Assembly: GCA_030141605.1 (NCBI GenBank)
Contig: JAQGDQ010000001.1
Coordinates: 2,170,001 to 2,234,000, forward strand
Length of the DNA stretch: 64,000 nucleotides
Direction: 5' to 3'
Origin: Tubiluchus corallicola
Taxonomy: Eukaryota; Animalia; Priapulida
Made by a program: the position numbers and the translations under genes. Below, one piece after another: positions 49,141 to 62,660 of the stretch (position 1 is its first letter; each line of letters opens with the position of its first letter). A model generated the notes under the pieces. That model did no database searches. It was not told the origin of the DNA and saw only the letters and a list, made by a program, of their open reading frames with translations.

Positions 49141-52100
49141 CTGGGAAAAACAAACAACTGTACACAGCTGCCAGTGTTTTGTTTACGAACAAAAGATGAT
49201 ATGTTGGTTACATTAGTTTGGTGAATTGTATAGTGAATGTAACTGCTTAGTGTTTCTGCTATAACTGCAAAATATCATTATATGGTGTTTCACTCACTAA
49301 TTTGAATTTCAATTTTCTTTGCTGCTAATTAACTGAGCTTAAGTTTAAGTTTTGCAAAAATTTTCTTCTGTAACCATGCTGACTCTAGAGCAGAAGTGCA
49401 AAATTGCTGCAAGGCTACATGTAGAAAACAGCATCGTATGTACGTGTAAATTGAAATTGCTGCAGTAAAAAAGCAAAGTTTGATTTCACTAAGCTTCTCA
49501 TAGCAACCAAACTGTCATTTGATAGCTGTGGTAAATGCTAATAAATTTCTGAAAATAATGAGGGACTTTTGAAACATAATATTACCGGCAGATAGATTTT
49601 TCATTCTAATATGACTGACAATGAATGAATCATGAACCATAAATATCCTGTTAACCAAGCATGTAACCAAATCGTTTGAATAACTACATCAATTTTGCAA
49701 GACTTTTTTATTACTCAATAATACTTTTAGATCGCCATGAACAAGTCATAAAAACTGTTAAAGAAAACTATTATACGAAGTCCATTTGCTGAACAGTCAT
49801 TCTTCGTACATTGCACAAACATCCAACACAGTTTTAGTGGCAGATCAGTAAAAGCAATACTATGTAAATTGAGTGTCAAAAAAACTTATAAATGACAAAA
49901 GCAGTTCACAGACAATGTTAAATCCATAAATGTCAACATAGGAATGTGATAGAGTCACTTTAACTGAGAACACAAAACTGCAGTACACACAGTTGCAAAC
50001 TTATTGAATATGGGAATTACAGAGGCTGATAATTAAACGAGAAAACAAGTGATCACAAAGTTACTAAAAAAACATTATTTGGAAGTTTGTTTTAGTTGCG
50101 AAACATTAAAGATAGAGTAAGACCTCAGAGAATTATGATTGTGATCTGTGTTATAGGTAACTACAGACCATGCAGGAATGGGAAAAATTACAGTAGCAGT
50201 TTGAAAACTAGAATTGTTGAGCTTTACAGTTTTATAAACATTCGAAAAATGCCAGACAAACAAACTAATTTATACAGGTGTTGTGCATTAAAAAAAACGT
50301 GCTGACTGAATGCTGACAAAATGAGCGAGTTAAGAAATGAAAATATAAGTAGAAAAAATCCAATAGAAATTATGATGTGGCACCTCAAACAGATCACCAG
50401 ATATAACTAAGGATAAAATATACAAGTGACAAAATTTTGATATTAAGAAACAAGTGGGGTAATTGTGATATTCTAACTGAACTGGATATTTAGAAGACAG
50501 ATTTAAAAATTCAATCCACTCTAATAACCTCCTTTTGAGCTGCCTCACCACAAAAAGCACTCTTGAAAGATTTTAATAATTGCACATATTATTATTCTAA
50601 GTTACAAATCACCAGATAGTTAGATATTTACCTCCACCCTCAAAGAAGCTATATTATGAATCTAAGCTTATATGCACAAAAACTGTAGCCAAAGGCAAAA
50701 CTTCTCCATCCTTGTCTTTAAGATGAATGTGCCGGAAGCCTACAGTAAGCCAGTAAACATACGAATAGGTTAGCTACACATAATTGCCCTAACCAATGTT
50801 AATTTGTTAAATGCTTGGTTTTTCGAACCTACTGCACAGCTGTAGTCAATTGTGTACAGACTACATCAATGTATGATTTTTTTCTAGCAAAAAAAGCAAA
50901 GTTTAAATGCAAAAGCACTCCTTCATCAAAGTAGTAAACTGCTCTTTTCATAGATGTGTCACTCAATGACTGCAGCTGTACTTAAGCAAGAAGTCGATAG
51001 GCCTTTCACATAAGAGAAAATAAAGACTAGAAAAAATACGTACTTATTATCCATGCAAAATATTAGTCACAATTAAACAGAAATAAATTGCAAAAATCTT
51101 GGTAGTAAAGAATGAAATAAATTTTTAATTTATAAGATTTTGCATGTAAACATTCATGTATTTATTACAAAATTTCAAGCAAGCTCCAGGCGAATTTTAC
51201 CTTCTTGCAACGATGTAAAAGGCAGTGTGTATTGTCCAATAAAATCATTTTTTGTCTTCACATCATAATCATAGACTGCAAAACGAACAACTGCAAGTGC
51301 CGGCATTGACACTTTCAAAGTAAATGTTTCGTTCCATGTTGGATTAAATCCTGAATGATAGTATCAAAAAAATTTAGCAAAACATCAAAAATTTAGAATG
51401 TCTTAAATAGCGTACAGCTTGTCGAAGCTAGTTTATCTTTCTTCTTACTTTCATATATCGCAACATTAAATTGGGACAAAGAGATGAGTAATACATACTG
51501 CATGTTGGAAGCGAACATAATGTGTGCATATTAAAAGTAGGGTTGGACAAAAGTGGTCCTTAAAAATATTACACAGATATTGCACAGAACCATGGTAAGT
51601 TTAGGCAATCCATAATTTTTGAATTTTCTTAAAAACAATAAACGTTGTACAGAATTTATCGAATAAGAAAACTTAGGTGAAATTACTAATTATCAGAAAT
51701 GCGCTTTCTTTAAATAATTTGTATGACATCAACTCACCATTGTCCATAATGATTTTCGTTTTCACTTTTTGATTGTCAGGAGGAACTCCAAATACAGAAA
51801 CAGTCACGTAGGGATCAATAACTTCCCCTTTCAAAGATTTGTCAGGCTTTGGCAACCTCTGCGCACTGATAACCTAGAACAATATAAAAAAAAGGTCTCA
51901 AAAGGGTACCACAAAAATGCACATGCAGTAAGACTACCAGTACCGGTCATTTTATTATAAGAACACTTTGTTCTGCAGAATCTACAGAGCACTTACAAAT
52001 TAAGTCTTGGTTCTTGGAGTCAGGAAAGTGCACTTATAATTAGATTTATTTTCTGCCTGGGAAAATTTTACTTGAGTTACTTTTGACGTTTTTGAATAAA

Positions 52101-55100
52101 AAATAGTAACTCCCTGTGAACAATGCAGAAATTCTAAAAATGAATTTCTCTAGTGAAACTTCCTAGCCCTTTCGTGAATTCATGGAAGCCCATACTCAGA
52201 ATAATTACCTCTTCATTAGTTTCTACATGCATATACCTGCAGGAAAAGAGCAAAATAAACCAAGCAACTTTAAATTATGTCGACATCGTTTAACTGACTT
52301 TAACAGGAAACCACTGTACTGATAGATGCACTTTGTATGACTGGCAAATTTATTTTGAATAAAAAATAAGCAGAATCAAAAATGTTTTAATTCGTGCCTT
52401 TAATTGAAAGACACAATTTTAAATCATATGCTTATATACCTACCTTTATTGTTAGTTTTGCAGGCATTATACCATACGTTTTTGGATTTGTTGGGTCAAA
52501 CTGAAGAGAAGAATCCCTAAGAATGGCTGGCTTAAGCAAATAGCCACAGCCTCCATTGTCAAGAAATTTTCCACGATAGATTTGCATAGGTTTATCTGGC
52601 GTTTGGAAGTTTAAAGCAACTGGACAAGAAAGAAAAAGTGAAATTACATAAAATTTAAATGTACTAGTAATGCCTCGAATAACTGGCAAAATGTTCAAAC
52701 ATCAGCATGTTCTCCATGTAAGCAAGTGAATAAAAACAACAGTAGATTTCAGCATAGTTTAATATAAGATAAACTGTTAGGTGGTAATGATATTGCCACT
52801 AGTAAAATGACCTAAACATGTCTGTCAGGACTCTTGAAAAATGGCAAAAAATTTTCTTTCATTTTTTCCTACATGTCCTGACTCTGCATCAAAGCTTAAT
52901 GTTCTTCTTTTATCTAGTCTGAAAAGCTTCAAAAAATGACTTAAGTATCTTTGAGCAATATAAACAAAGAAACAATGATGATGAAAGCTACCACATAAAG
53001 AAATTCTACATAAAAACGATTTAAGAACTGCGGATCTGAAAGCATCATTTCTCGAGCATCATAGATGAAAAGTACAGAAATAAACACTATACCAATCTGA
53101 CAGCCAGCGCACCATAGATCATTAGGCTCATAATTGCTTGAGTCCGTGCGAAGTCCATTGGGATATGTCCTGCTAAGGTTGCGTGTATTGTGCTGCACAT
53201 AACCGGCCCAGTCCATACTTACAAGCTTAAGTGCTTTCTTCTCCACAAATGATGACATTTCAAAATACTTGTCTAAAACAACAAAAATTGTTTCAATCTC
53301 TGAAAAAATGTCTATCACTAATATGTTACTAGCAAATCATTAAAATGTTTGTCATGACTACCTAGGTAAATTGTAAAATTAGATATTTATGCTCTATAAT
53401 TTCTATTAATGTTAGAAACTAGGTAAAAATAGGTGACTAGATTATGAATATTGGACTTCTAAATTTATGTAAAATAGTAGAAAAGTGGGCAGTTTCAAAA
53501 AAGCAAACCACAATGCATTCATTCTGAGTGACATCTTACTATGATGGCCCAAAATTCAGTGGGAGTAACTAATACTATATATTATGCAATATGCAAGAGT
53601 TATGTAAATGAAGCCATAATTCATCTTCAAATTATTCGTAAGCTAAATGTACAAAATAAGTCATATTATTAATTTATACAAGTACATAGAAGTTATTTAA
53701 ATTATACATTATTTACTACGTCTATACGTACGGTTATTTCGGGAATGCTCAAATGATTCAAAATGAACGCTCTTCAGGACAACCAAATCTGACAATTCCT
53801 TGGCCAATTTTACTTTTGTACCAGACACCTAAAAATGCAACAAATATAAGTCACCAATCAATCAGCAATGTACGATAGTCTTCATCCTTATTAAAATATT
53901 CAGTGTCAGCAAAAATTGTAATTGTCATTTTTATCTCCCCTAATTAGCTCAATGTAGCTAATGAGACAAATTAGCTTTAAAATATGAAACAATCAATTTA
54001 TCAAAACTTCAGCAAAAGTTAAGAATCTGAGTTAATCACAGTGAAATCTCAGCCTTAACTAGGTCTGCTTAATTTTATCAACAAATTATTTACCCAGTGT
54101 TAGTACATAAAATGTTTAACAAGAACATGCTTCGAAAAGCATTTTTTACAATTGTCCATTCAAAACTATAGCTAAATTTGTGATGATTTCAAGCAACTTG
54201 GCTGTAAACTTGAATTCAGACCCCCTTCAGTGGTATTCTGAATTATCAGGATTAATTTGGTTCATAGACAAGCTTTAAACCATAAAAGTACTATATGTCT
54301 TGTCAAAATTTATCAAAAGTTTTCACTTGACTGGCAAAGTGTGTTCTTAAACCTATCCATATGCCAATCATGCAAGTAAATCCAAAGCAAATTAAGCAAA
54401 TTTCTTCACTTGACCAACTGAAAGGTCTGCACCATATATGTTTAGAAAGAACAAAACTGGACTGTCATTAGAGTTATTATTAGACAGAAAAAAGAACACT
54501 GTAGCCTACATTCCTCCATCTGTGGAGCATTCGTTCATCTACAGGATGTGGCCTGTGGCTACATCATAAGCTTGAAATGCCAACTACTAATTCATTAAAA
54601 CAGCAGAACAACAATGTATCAAGTAGAAAAATCAAAAACTGTAAAGAAAACTGCGACAAATTTTCACACATGCTAAAATATAAAACTAAGGTGTTTCGTG
54701 CAAGTGATATAAAAAACTATCCTTAATTTTTCGATAGTTCTGTAATACTTTAACACTGCAAGCTGAAACATTTCTCAACAAGTGCTAATAACAAGGCAAA
54801 TATGATTTCTATACGAGTAGTGATGGAATAATAAATTGCTTGGAAGCATTAGCGATGATTAAAAATAAATGAATGCGTTCAGTCATCTAAAGGCTGTGAC
54901 TCACCATTTATCGTTAACAACAGTTGACTGCTTCTTGGAAACTTAAGATGTCTTAGAAATCAGATTAGATAAAAAACTTATAAACTTTTTAGTAGCAAAA
55001 TAAAGAATCTTGAAAGTGCAAAATTTTGTAAAAGGAACTTTAGCAGCATAGGTTAAGAGGTACATGTACATTTAAATGAATCCCTGTAAAAATACTAAGA

Positions 55101-58100
55101 CTAAAAGGTATCACCTAAAACAGAATTGAAGCAAAAAATATGAATAAAGATGTTCTTTTGAAATTTTCCTGAATAATGGGACAAATTTCATCACCCAGAT
55201 TTTACAATAAAAATAAACTTTAACAGAAAATAAGCCCACTTTCTTTATGTAAGACTGCATACAGTGCATGAAAAACAGTTCAGTTTTCTGGAGTTGCTTC
55301 CACATGCATATAAGTGCAAGTGTTTTTCTTACTGTGAAGTAATTATTCAATTCAATCAACTGCAAGTGCATGTTCAACAGCATTTCAAAACTGTACCGAA
55401 TTACTCTGTTTCAACGATATCGCTCGGCTAATTAACCGGAAAGCTGATTTTGTGGCCTATATAAACACACAATACATGGCTCTGTCAGTTGCACTTAAAA
55501 TCAATATCACTTAATTCAAATATAGCTATCAGAGGGAAATAAGAAAAACATAAAACGAACAGTAGGGAATCAATACATGCTCTACCACAAGAATGCAAAA
55601 ATACATAGTATAAGCAAGCATCAGTTATCCACATGACAAGCACATTACACTTTAAAAACGTGGCAAAATAAGCTAGGACTTAAATAGTAACACTAGTCAG
55701 AGCAAAGGGAGTTGAAAATAATAACAGTTATACTGCATGCTTAGCAAGTGTCACAATTCACCTCTGAATGTGGCTGAAATTGCCCCACGCCAGGTTAAGC
55801 AGAAAAAGTAAAGCAACAAACCCTTATTGGAGGGTGGCCACAGACAACAATGCTAGCGAAAACATCAGCAAAAGATGAAAGCTTGGAATAAAGTTAAAGC
55901 GGAATTACATTCAAGAATAGAAAATTGGCAACATTATCAAAATTTCTATCGATACTTGTACATTTGTTTAAATAAGTTGAAATAGTCAGTAAAAGGTTTT
56001 AAAAGGTTTATTTAGAGTTTGTTAAATAAATTAAAAACATAACTAAATGATGCATTTTGTGCGTCTACCTTAGTTTTCAAGTCCTCTGCTACCATATCGT
56101 CCTCGAGTTCAGCAGCTTCGTCTTCATCTGAAACTTCTTCCTCTTCGTCAGGAGCCTCTGGTGGCAGTTTCTTACCCTGTAATGTAGAAAACAACCTGAG
56201 CTTTTTGTTTCTTACTTAACAGCCTCCTTAACACTACAGTCAGAATTAAACTGAAACCAACACTGTAACTTGGTGTACACTACAAGACTGCACAAACATT
56301 TTTATAAACTATTCTTTACCCATTAAAGATGATAACAGATAACAGTAGGTGCCGCTTAATAGACTCACAGTTAATAGACTCAATCGCTTAATTGACTCAA
56401 AAACGCCTGGAATGGACCGATTCTATTCAAATATATATAAATACTATCAGTAATTGACTCAAATAACTCCGTATAATTGCCCCAATATTTTTCCTTCACC
56501 TACTTAAAATATTTGTACGTGCTAACAGAGCCTTTCCTACTTTAATGTCATCTTTGCTTCCCTTTTGTGCACTATATATGCAGAAACAATCATGTTAAGA
56601 ACCGTTTTGTTTATAAGCAGGTACGTTTATCATGCACTAAAACGCTACCGCAGTGGTTTTGCTTTGAATCTGTTACCCACTGGCACACTGTTACCCAAAG
56701 AATTTCTGGGAGCTAAACATTTAATCACTTGCCTAGCGGTTTCCTTTTGATGCTCTCTTTGCAAATCACACTTTCAGGCTTAATGACTTAACAGTCAAAG
56801 ATGCGGGTACAGTAATCAGCCGGTATTCTTTGTGACTTACAAGAGTAAACATCATACGGCAAATAAGGGCATTGTAAGTGAGCAGGCGATTCAGAACTGT
56901 TTTAGTCACACACAACAATAGATTTTCAATGTTTTTATAATTACTAGAACTTTGTGGGCCAACTTCTTCACGAGAAAATGAAGCGGTCGACTTTGAAGGA
57001 ATTTTTGTAATTTTTGCAAATAAACAGACTTAGAAAAGTCTGTGATTTAGAAAAGTATACATTTTAATTTATTGCTAATTCACTTATATAAATTAATATT
57101 TTAAAATATTTTTTCTAATTTTTCTAAATTCTAAAGACTAATCTGCAATGTAACAATATCGACGACTACACATTTTGTAGTTATCATAGAGAGAAAATTG
57201 CAGAACTCATTTTAACAGACAACGTAAGCACTAACAGATGTTTAGCGACTTACATTTATAACAATACAGATAAGGATGCAACATACAAGTAACGAGTAAT
57301 ATCACTGGCAGCCACTAATCTCAAACTCAACTAAGTGTCTGAGAAATTTGATTGGCATAATAATATAATTATATGTCTTGATTAGTTTTGTGCAGGAATT
57401 TTAGCATCTTACTACGTATTTTGAGTAGGCAATAAAAGTGGGCACTTTGTGGAGTAAAAGTAATTAATATGCTTGGTTATCGTACACTTATTATTCTTAG
57501 TTTTTTAAACTTGTTCTTGCTTCTACCACTTTTACTTGTTTACACAAATAAGTATCTAAAATACCTTCACTATAATTTTGCCTTTTAGTAATTCAGGAGA
57601 GGGCATCTTTGACGATTCCTCCAATTTGTCACTGTACCACAATTTACTGCCGAGAATACTCTTGAGATGTTTCGCTACAAACCGTTGCTGTTCAACAGAA
57701 CAGTGATTTTCCAAAGAAAGAATGACAGGATATCTACGAAAACAAATTAGTAGCATTATCTCAACTGCAACGAGTGTTGTGCACTGTGACCTCATAGTTA
57801 TAGAGTTAGCTAAATGTAAAAACTAATGATGTGAAAAGAACAACAAAATAAAATGTTTCATTTTATTTACAAGACTGCCACCTACAAAAATTCAGCGATA
57901 GCAATAGAAAACTTACTCTGAAGCAACAAAGGCATAATCACGACATGCTTTTATAGCATCCTTGAAAAGAATTTTCGATGTAAGAGTATGTCCGTGAAAG
58001 ATTATTGGTTCATCATTTGGTCCATCCCAAATGTCCACTGTGAATAAAAAACTCTTGAAACTATTCAAGCACATAAATATAATCTAAAATAATAAAAATA

Positions 58101-60269
58101 ATGATCATATTTTGCCCCACCGCGTTTCATTTTCAGAGTCTCAGATTGCAACTTCCCAATTTATTTTTTGCAGGAATCAATGTCCATAAACTAGATAGTT
58201 TTACACAGTGCTTTATCAACATTAATTTTCCATATTAATTTTACAGCAACCAGACAAATACATACTTATACTACACACAATACATGATACAGTAATATTA
58301 ATAATATAATAATATAAATGTTTACATTCTACACAGCGACAACCAGACTTCAATGCTCTCTTGTAAGCTTCCGCACTACTTGCACCTCGTAATTGATCTT
58401 CCATTAAGTAAGTATTGTGTGATGAATTTATGAAGTAGTCTGTTAGAGGATGCCTCATGTCATGGTATATGGTGGCATGCTTAGGGTTAAAAATGGACTG
58501 TTCATTCGAAAGTAGAAAAGCCATCAAGCCTGATAGAATGAAAACAGATAAAAATAACACAAAAAACAAGTTTTTAGTACAGCATAGATAAAACTCCATT
58601 AAGTTTTACCCTGTCACAATCAAAAACGTGACAAAACAATTTTTTATTTACAGATGTTTGTAATTTCGTTATAATATAATGATATTCAAGGAGCTGCACT
58701 GTTTTAATTATGTGTTCACACTTTTCATACATTCAGACTCTGGTGGTTTTACAGTACAAGATAAGACCAATAGTAGTACATAGTATGAAAAAAAACATGA
58801 TTTTAAGTCCTCACCTTCCACTGACAAAACAGATTGCTGTTTATTTTCTTCAAGTGGTTCATGGAGATTTATCAAATCTTTAACTTCATCAGCAGACAAG
58901 TTCAACTAAAAATTATTAGAGGCCACACCAATTAATACAGCACAACTAATGAATCAGCACACAAACATAATGCTATTACATTGTTTTGTACTGTTACACA
59001 CTGTACAAGTACAATGACTAAGCAACATGTAATAATTTGCATTATCTTTACTAAGCCTAATTTTGGTTGGAAATAGTGTTAATGTATTTATAAGTTAATA
59101 TTGCTCAGCAATGCATATCATATTTTTCGCCGTATAAAATGCGCCCCCCATTTTGTAGGGCAAAATTAATAAAAAAATTTAAGGCCTCACTCAGTTAGGA
59201 CAAATGCCATTTTTGGTTACTGTAATAAAATAAATAATAGTAATACATACACGTGGACTACGTGATGATAATTGGGCCTAAAATAACTTTGTTTCCAATC
59301 TGCTGTCAGTATACATTGTGGCAGTACAAAGCCCCAAACTTATTAGTAAATAAACGTATAATAGTTGAGAGCATCACTTTTGCTTTTGCTCAAAATCAAA
59401 ATTTCTACTTTTTGATCAACAGTTAAAATGGTGGTTTCTTTTTTGGCATAACGTCTACATGTTTTACAGATGACTGCTCTCTCATCAGTCAGACTGCACT
59501 GCAGGGTGCAGGGGTGAGTGATAACTACTTGGATATCAAGTTGCAAGCTTGCTTGGGTGAAACGATGGTCATTGCAGATAGAATGGCAGTATCAAATGCA
59601 ATTAAAAATTAAAAATTGTTTCTATCTCAAGTTTCACGTGTAATAATTTTACAAGGTTCACGCGTCAATTGCTGTTAACATATTTGTCTATTATGAGTGT
59701 AGTAATGAAGGTTTGGCTCATTATAGATCTCTATATTCAACGGATAAGACACAGGCTGTTTTTAGCATGGTTTTTGCTCGAAAAAGTGTGTCTAGTAAGG
59801 GGAAAGATACAGCACATATACCTAGCACACATAGCAGCACTCAAAGATGACAGCTAAAAAAATTTATATTGCAAGTGATGTTGAAAAAAGGTTGGTGGGT
59901 CAACATGTGGAATAAAATGAATGATCTCTCAAACCATGGACTGTTACAGTCAAACATACATTTAGTAATTTACAGTTAAACTGAATCTCCATTTACTAAA
60001 TTAACAAAACTAACAATGTAAGAACTGCATTCCTAAACTTAATATAAAAATTCACTTTATGCTTCTGATTTATCTACCTTTTGCGCATCATTCAAAAAGT
60101 CCTGGAATTCTTCTAAATCTAGATAGTCCACATCATCATCTCGTGTGTATTTTTTCAAAATTTCTTCAATTTCTGGCCTCTGTCGCAACATTTGATAAAG
60201 GCGAACAAACTCTTCAGGATCCAGGGCATCTACTTCATTTTTGTTTTTCTTTTTGTTTATATCAGCTTC
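49058..60269 (-). CDS. PLCD: Phosphoinositide phospholipase C, delta type (EF hands, X and Y catalytic boxes, C2); 5' part (PH domain) probably beyond the window
   Basis: Exons 60269-60078, 58905-58815, 58529-58326, 58037-57917, 57733-57565, 56176-56069, 53828-53732, 53272-53093, 52619-52444, 51873-51738, 51350-51201, then 50739-50654 or 49140-49058. Intact catalytic motifs [53 protein letters not shown]. Short acidic X-Y linker and a stop right after C2, as in the delta class. Confidence 0.92.
50654..50739 (-). CDS. PLCD: PLC alternative last coding exon A ([28 protein letters not shown])
   Basis: Acceptor TACTGTAG| in phase 1 matching the upstream exon. Encodes the conserved G(Y/F)RH-x-L...A(T)-x-F-V-H-I end of the PLC C2 domain. 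Confidence 0.85.
56343..57125. mobile_element. Tigger/pogo-like non-autonomous DNA transposon remnant in a PLC intron
   Basis: Starts with CAGTAGGTGCCGCTTAAT plus repeated TTAATAGACTCA subterminal motifs. Its internal part is shared with 8660-9097. Confidence 0.5.
59119..59811. mobile_element. Tc2/pogo-like (Tc1-mariner superfamily) degenerate element
   Basis: Left end TCATATTTTTCGCCGTATAAAATGCGCC and right end AAAAAGTGTGTCTAGTAAGGGGAAAGATACAG form a decayed CCGTATTTT...ATAAGACGCAC-type TIR pair. Confidence 0.45.
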
Positions 60270-60649
60270 CTGCAAACAACAATTGCTCACACGTTAATAT
60301 AATATTGTGTATGTGACAGTGCATTACAAAGCAGTAAGTATGTTTTACGACAACTGTTTTACAAGTGATCTTGAAAAATGGTTAATGAGTCGAATCAGTC
60401 AATGGTTGTTAACCTTTGTGATTCAAGGTGAACTCTATGGAACAGTAGGTACAGTTCTCCAAATTAACTTTTCCTCAGTTGCATAATGACTAGTGAATAG
60501 TTCTAAGCACAAAGATACTTTTAATAATGAGCACAACATGACTTGGATAAGTTGAGGCAACACAAAAAATGACACTAGCTAACAAATAGTTAAAAATAAC
60601 ATGGTTAACAAATAATGAACAGTAGCTTTAATAATCATCGCCGTTAGAA

Positions 60650-62660
60650 TGTCAAATTCGAAACAATTAAGCTCTCTTATGTAATTATCGAGGTTACTTT
60701 TAGAGCACTTGAACAATTTCAAATTCGATTACACAAAGTGAATTTCATGACAATCAATATCATTTTCAGAACAAACAATTTCAAATGCGCTATATATGTA
60801 ACACACAAATGTAACCATGTACATTTTAATCGTAAATCAGTATAGAGTTTATAATAAGTGCCAATAATTAGGCCTAATAAAAAAGCAATTGTACACTAAG
60901 CACATTGCAAGCTAAGAAATAACGTTATAGTGAAAACAAACTTTATAAAAAGGATTTTTATGACGCGAAAAAACTATAAAACAAGATTGACTTTTGACTT
61001 CAGCTACTTGAAGAAATCACCAGAACAAGCTGAGTTATTTTTAGATTCTCTAGAAGTTCGTATTTTCGAGATTCAAGGAGTCGGGAATAAACATTTGGAC
61101 ATGCAACAAAAACGTTCACATGTTCATGTAGGATTCTTCTATAAGATTGAACATGGGGCTATATCATCAACCTCATCAAATAATAAGTTGCAATCATCTT
61201 CCTGTTTCTAAATTAGTGTGAAAGGGAAGATTAACAACAACAAGGCCAACTGGAGACTGATAAATCTGTATCGCTCTTTTCAGGCATTCCCAGGCAAATT
61301 CTCTTGCTGACCCTTAAACGAATGATGGGGTAATGATGAATCATGTCTAAGCTACTAATCCATCTGATCAAATGTACATAATAGTTCCACAACTACCAGC
61401 TGCAGGAGTCAAACAATGGCTTCCCTTCTTGGAGCATTCACTGGTATACGAAACAAAAAGATTGAAATTTGTTTCGTCCAAGTACAATATAGACAAATTA
61501 AAAGCTTGATATCTTAATAATTCTCCTGCAAAATGCTGTCTAATTTCTACATTGATTTCAGAATTTGTCGTTTTTGGTTCACAACCTACTCTTTCAAAGT
61601 GTATGTCAGACCATCCAGGTGTCATCTTTTATGCACTCCGTGCTTAAAACACAAGAAAACCTCTACTTACATAAAGCTAAATAATTCGTCTTGTTATTTT
61701 ATCACCTACATACTGTCTTATGGTGCAATGAGCTTGTATTAGCACTTAGCAGCAATGTGGTATAAAACTTAAAACTCTCGCGATGACCGTTAAGCACAGC
61801 CATTTTGACGGCAGGTCTTTTATAACATTGCGCAAAGTTTTAAAAAATAATCGGAACATTCGTAAGCACATTCCATCAACTAAAATTGGTATAAATTGCT
61901 TCATATTGTCAATAAGATTAAAAATACGCTTTTGGTAAATCAGCGGTGCACACTGGGAACGTGAGTCAGTGACATTTTATGAGTTCACACAAACATTTTA
62001 AATTACTAAGAATTTCGTTTTCTAATTATGTAGGTCTTTCAAGCAACTAAGCATTATGCTAAGTAATATAACTATGTATGAAGATTTTATGGGTCATACT
62101 TTAAAATTGCCTTTTCTTCCTCGGATATTAGAATTGCTTTTGACCATCTCAATTAAGAACTTGAGTATTAATCTAGAGTTCTTTGCTACAGATTTTTCGA
62201 TAAATGCCCAGTGTTTTCTGGCCCAATTTTGTGATGTTCTCAGCCACCACATTTATCATCACATTTTTTACTATCTTCGATCCACTCAGAGCAGTTCACG
62301 TTTTGACACCTACATTTAAGGCATACTCTCTGAAATCACCTTCACTGTTGTAAACTGCTCTTATTCGTCGCTTCTTTTTGTCTGCCTCTTTCTTTTTGAT
62401 GTAAGGCCTGCATAGCACGATGTAAGTTGACAAAAAAACAGACAAATTTAAAAATTGTATCTCTTTTATACAACAAAATTTGCTAGGATTTTTCATGTTT
62501 GTATCACCATTTTGGATTTTGACATCGATCAGAACGAATTTGGTGTTGACTGTATTCCAAAATCCATTCTGATTGTTCTGAACACGAAATTGTTTATTAT
62601 GAAAATGATATTAATAATTACGAATTACAGTTTGATTGTTCCAAATTTGATGTAGTAAAG
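60650..62660 (-). mobile_element. Decayed IS630/Tc1-type transposon with a frameshifted transposase pseudogene
   Basis: Minus-strand fragments RRIRAVYNSEGDFREYALNVGVK (HTH-like), HLDGLTYTLK/RV..EP..TNS and SILYLDETNFNLF (first catalytic Asp of DDE_3). Degenerate inverted repeats AATATCATTTTCAGAACAAACAATTTC (~60756-60782) vs the reverse complement of ~62586-62612. Confidence 0.7.
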
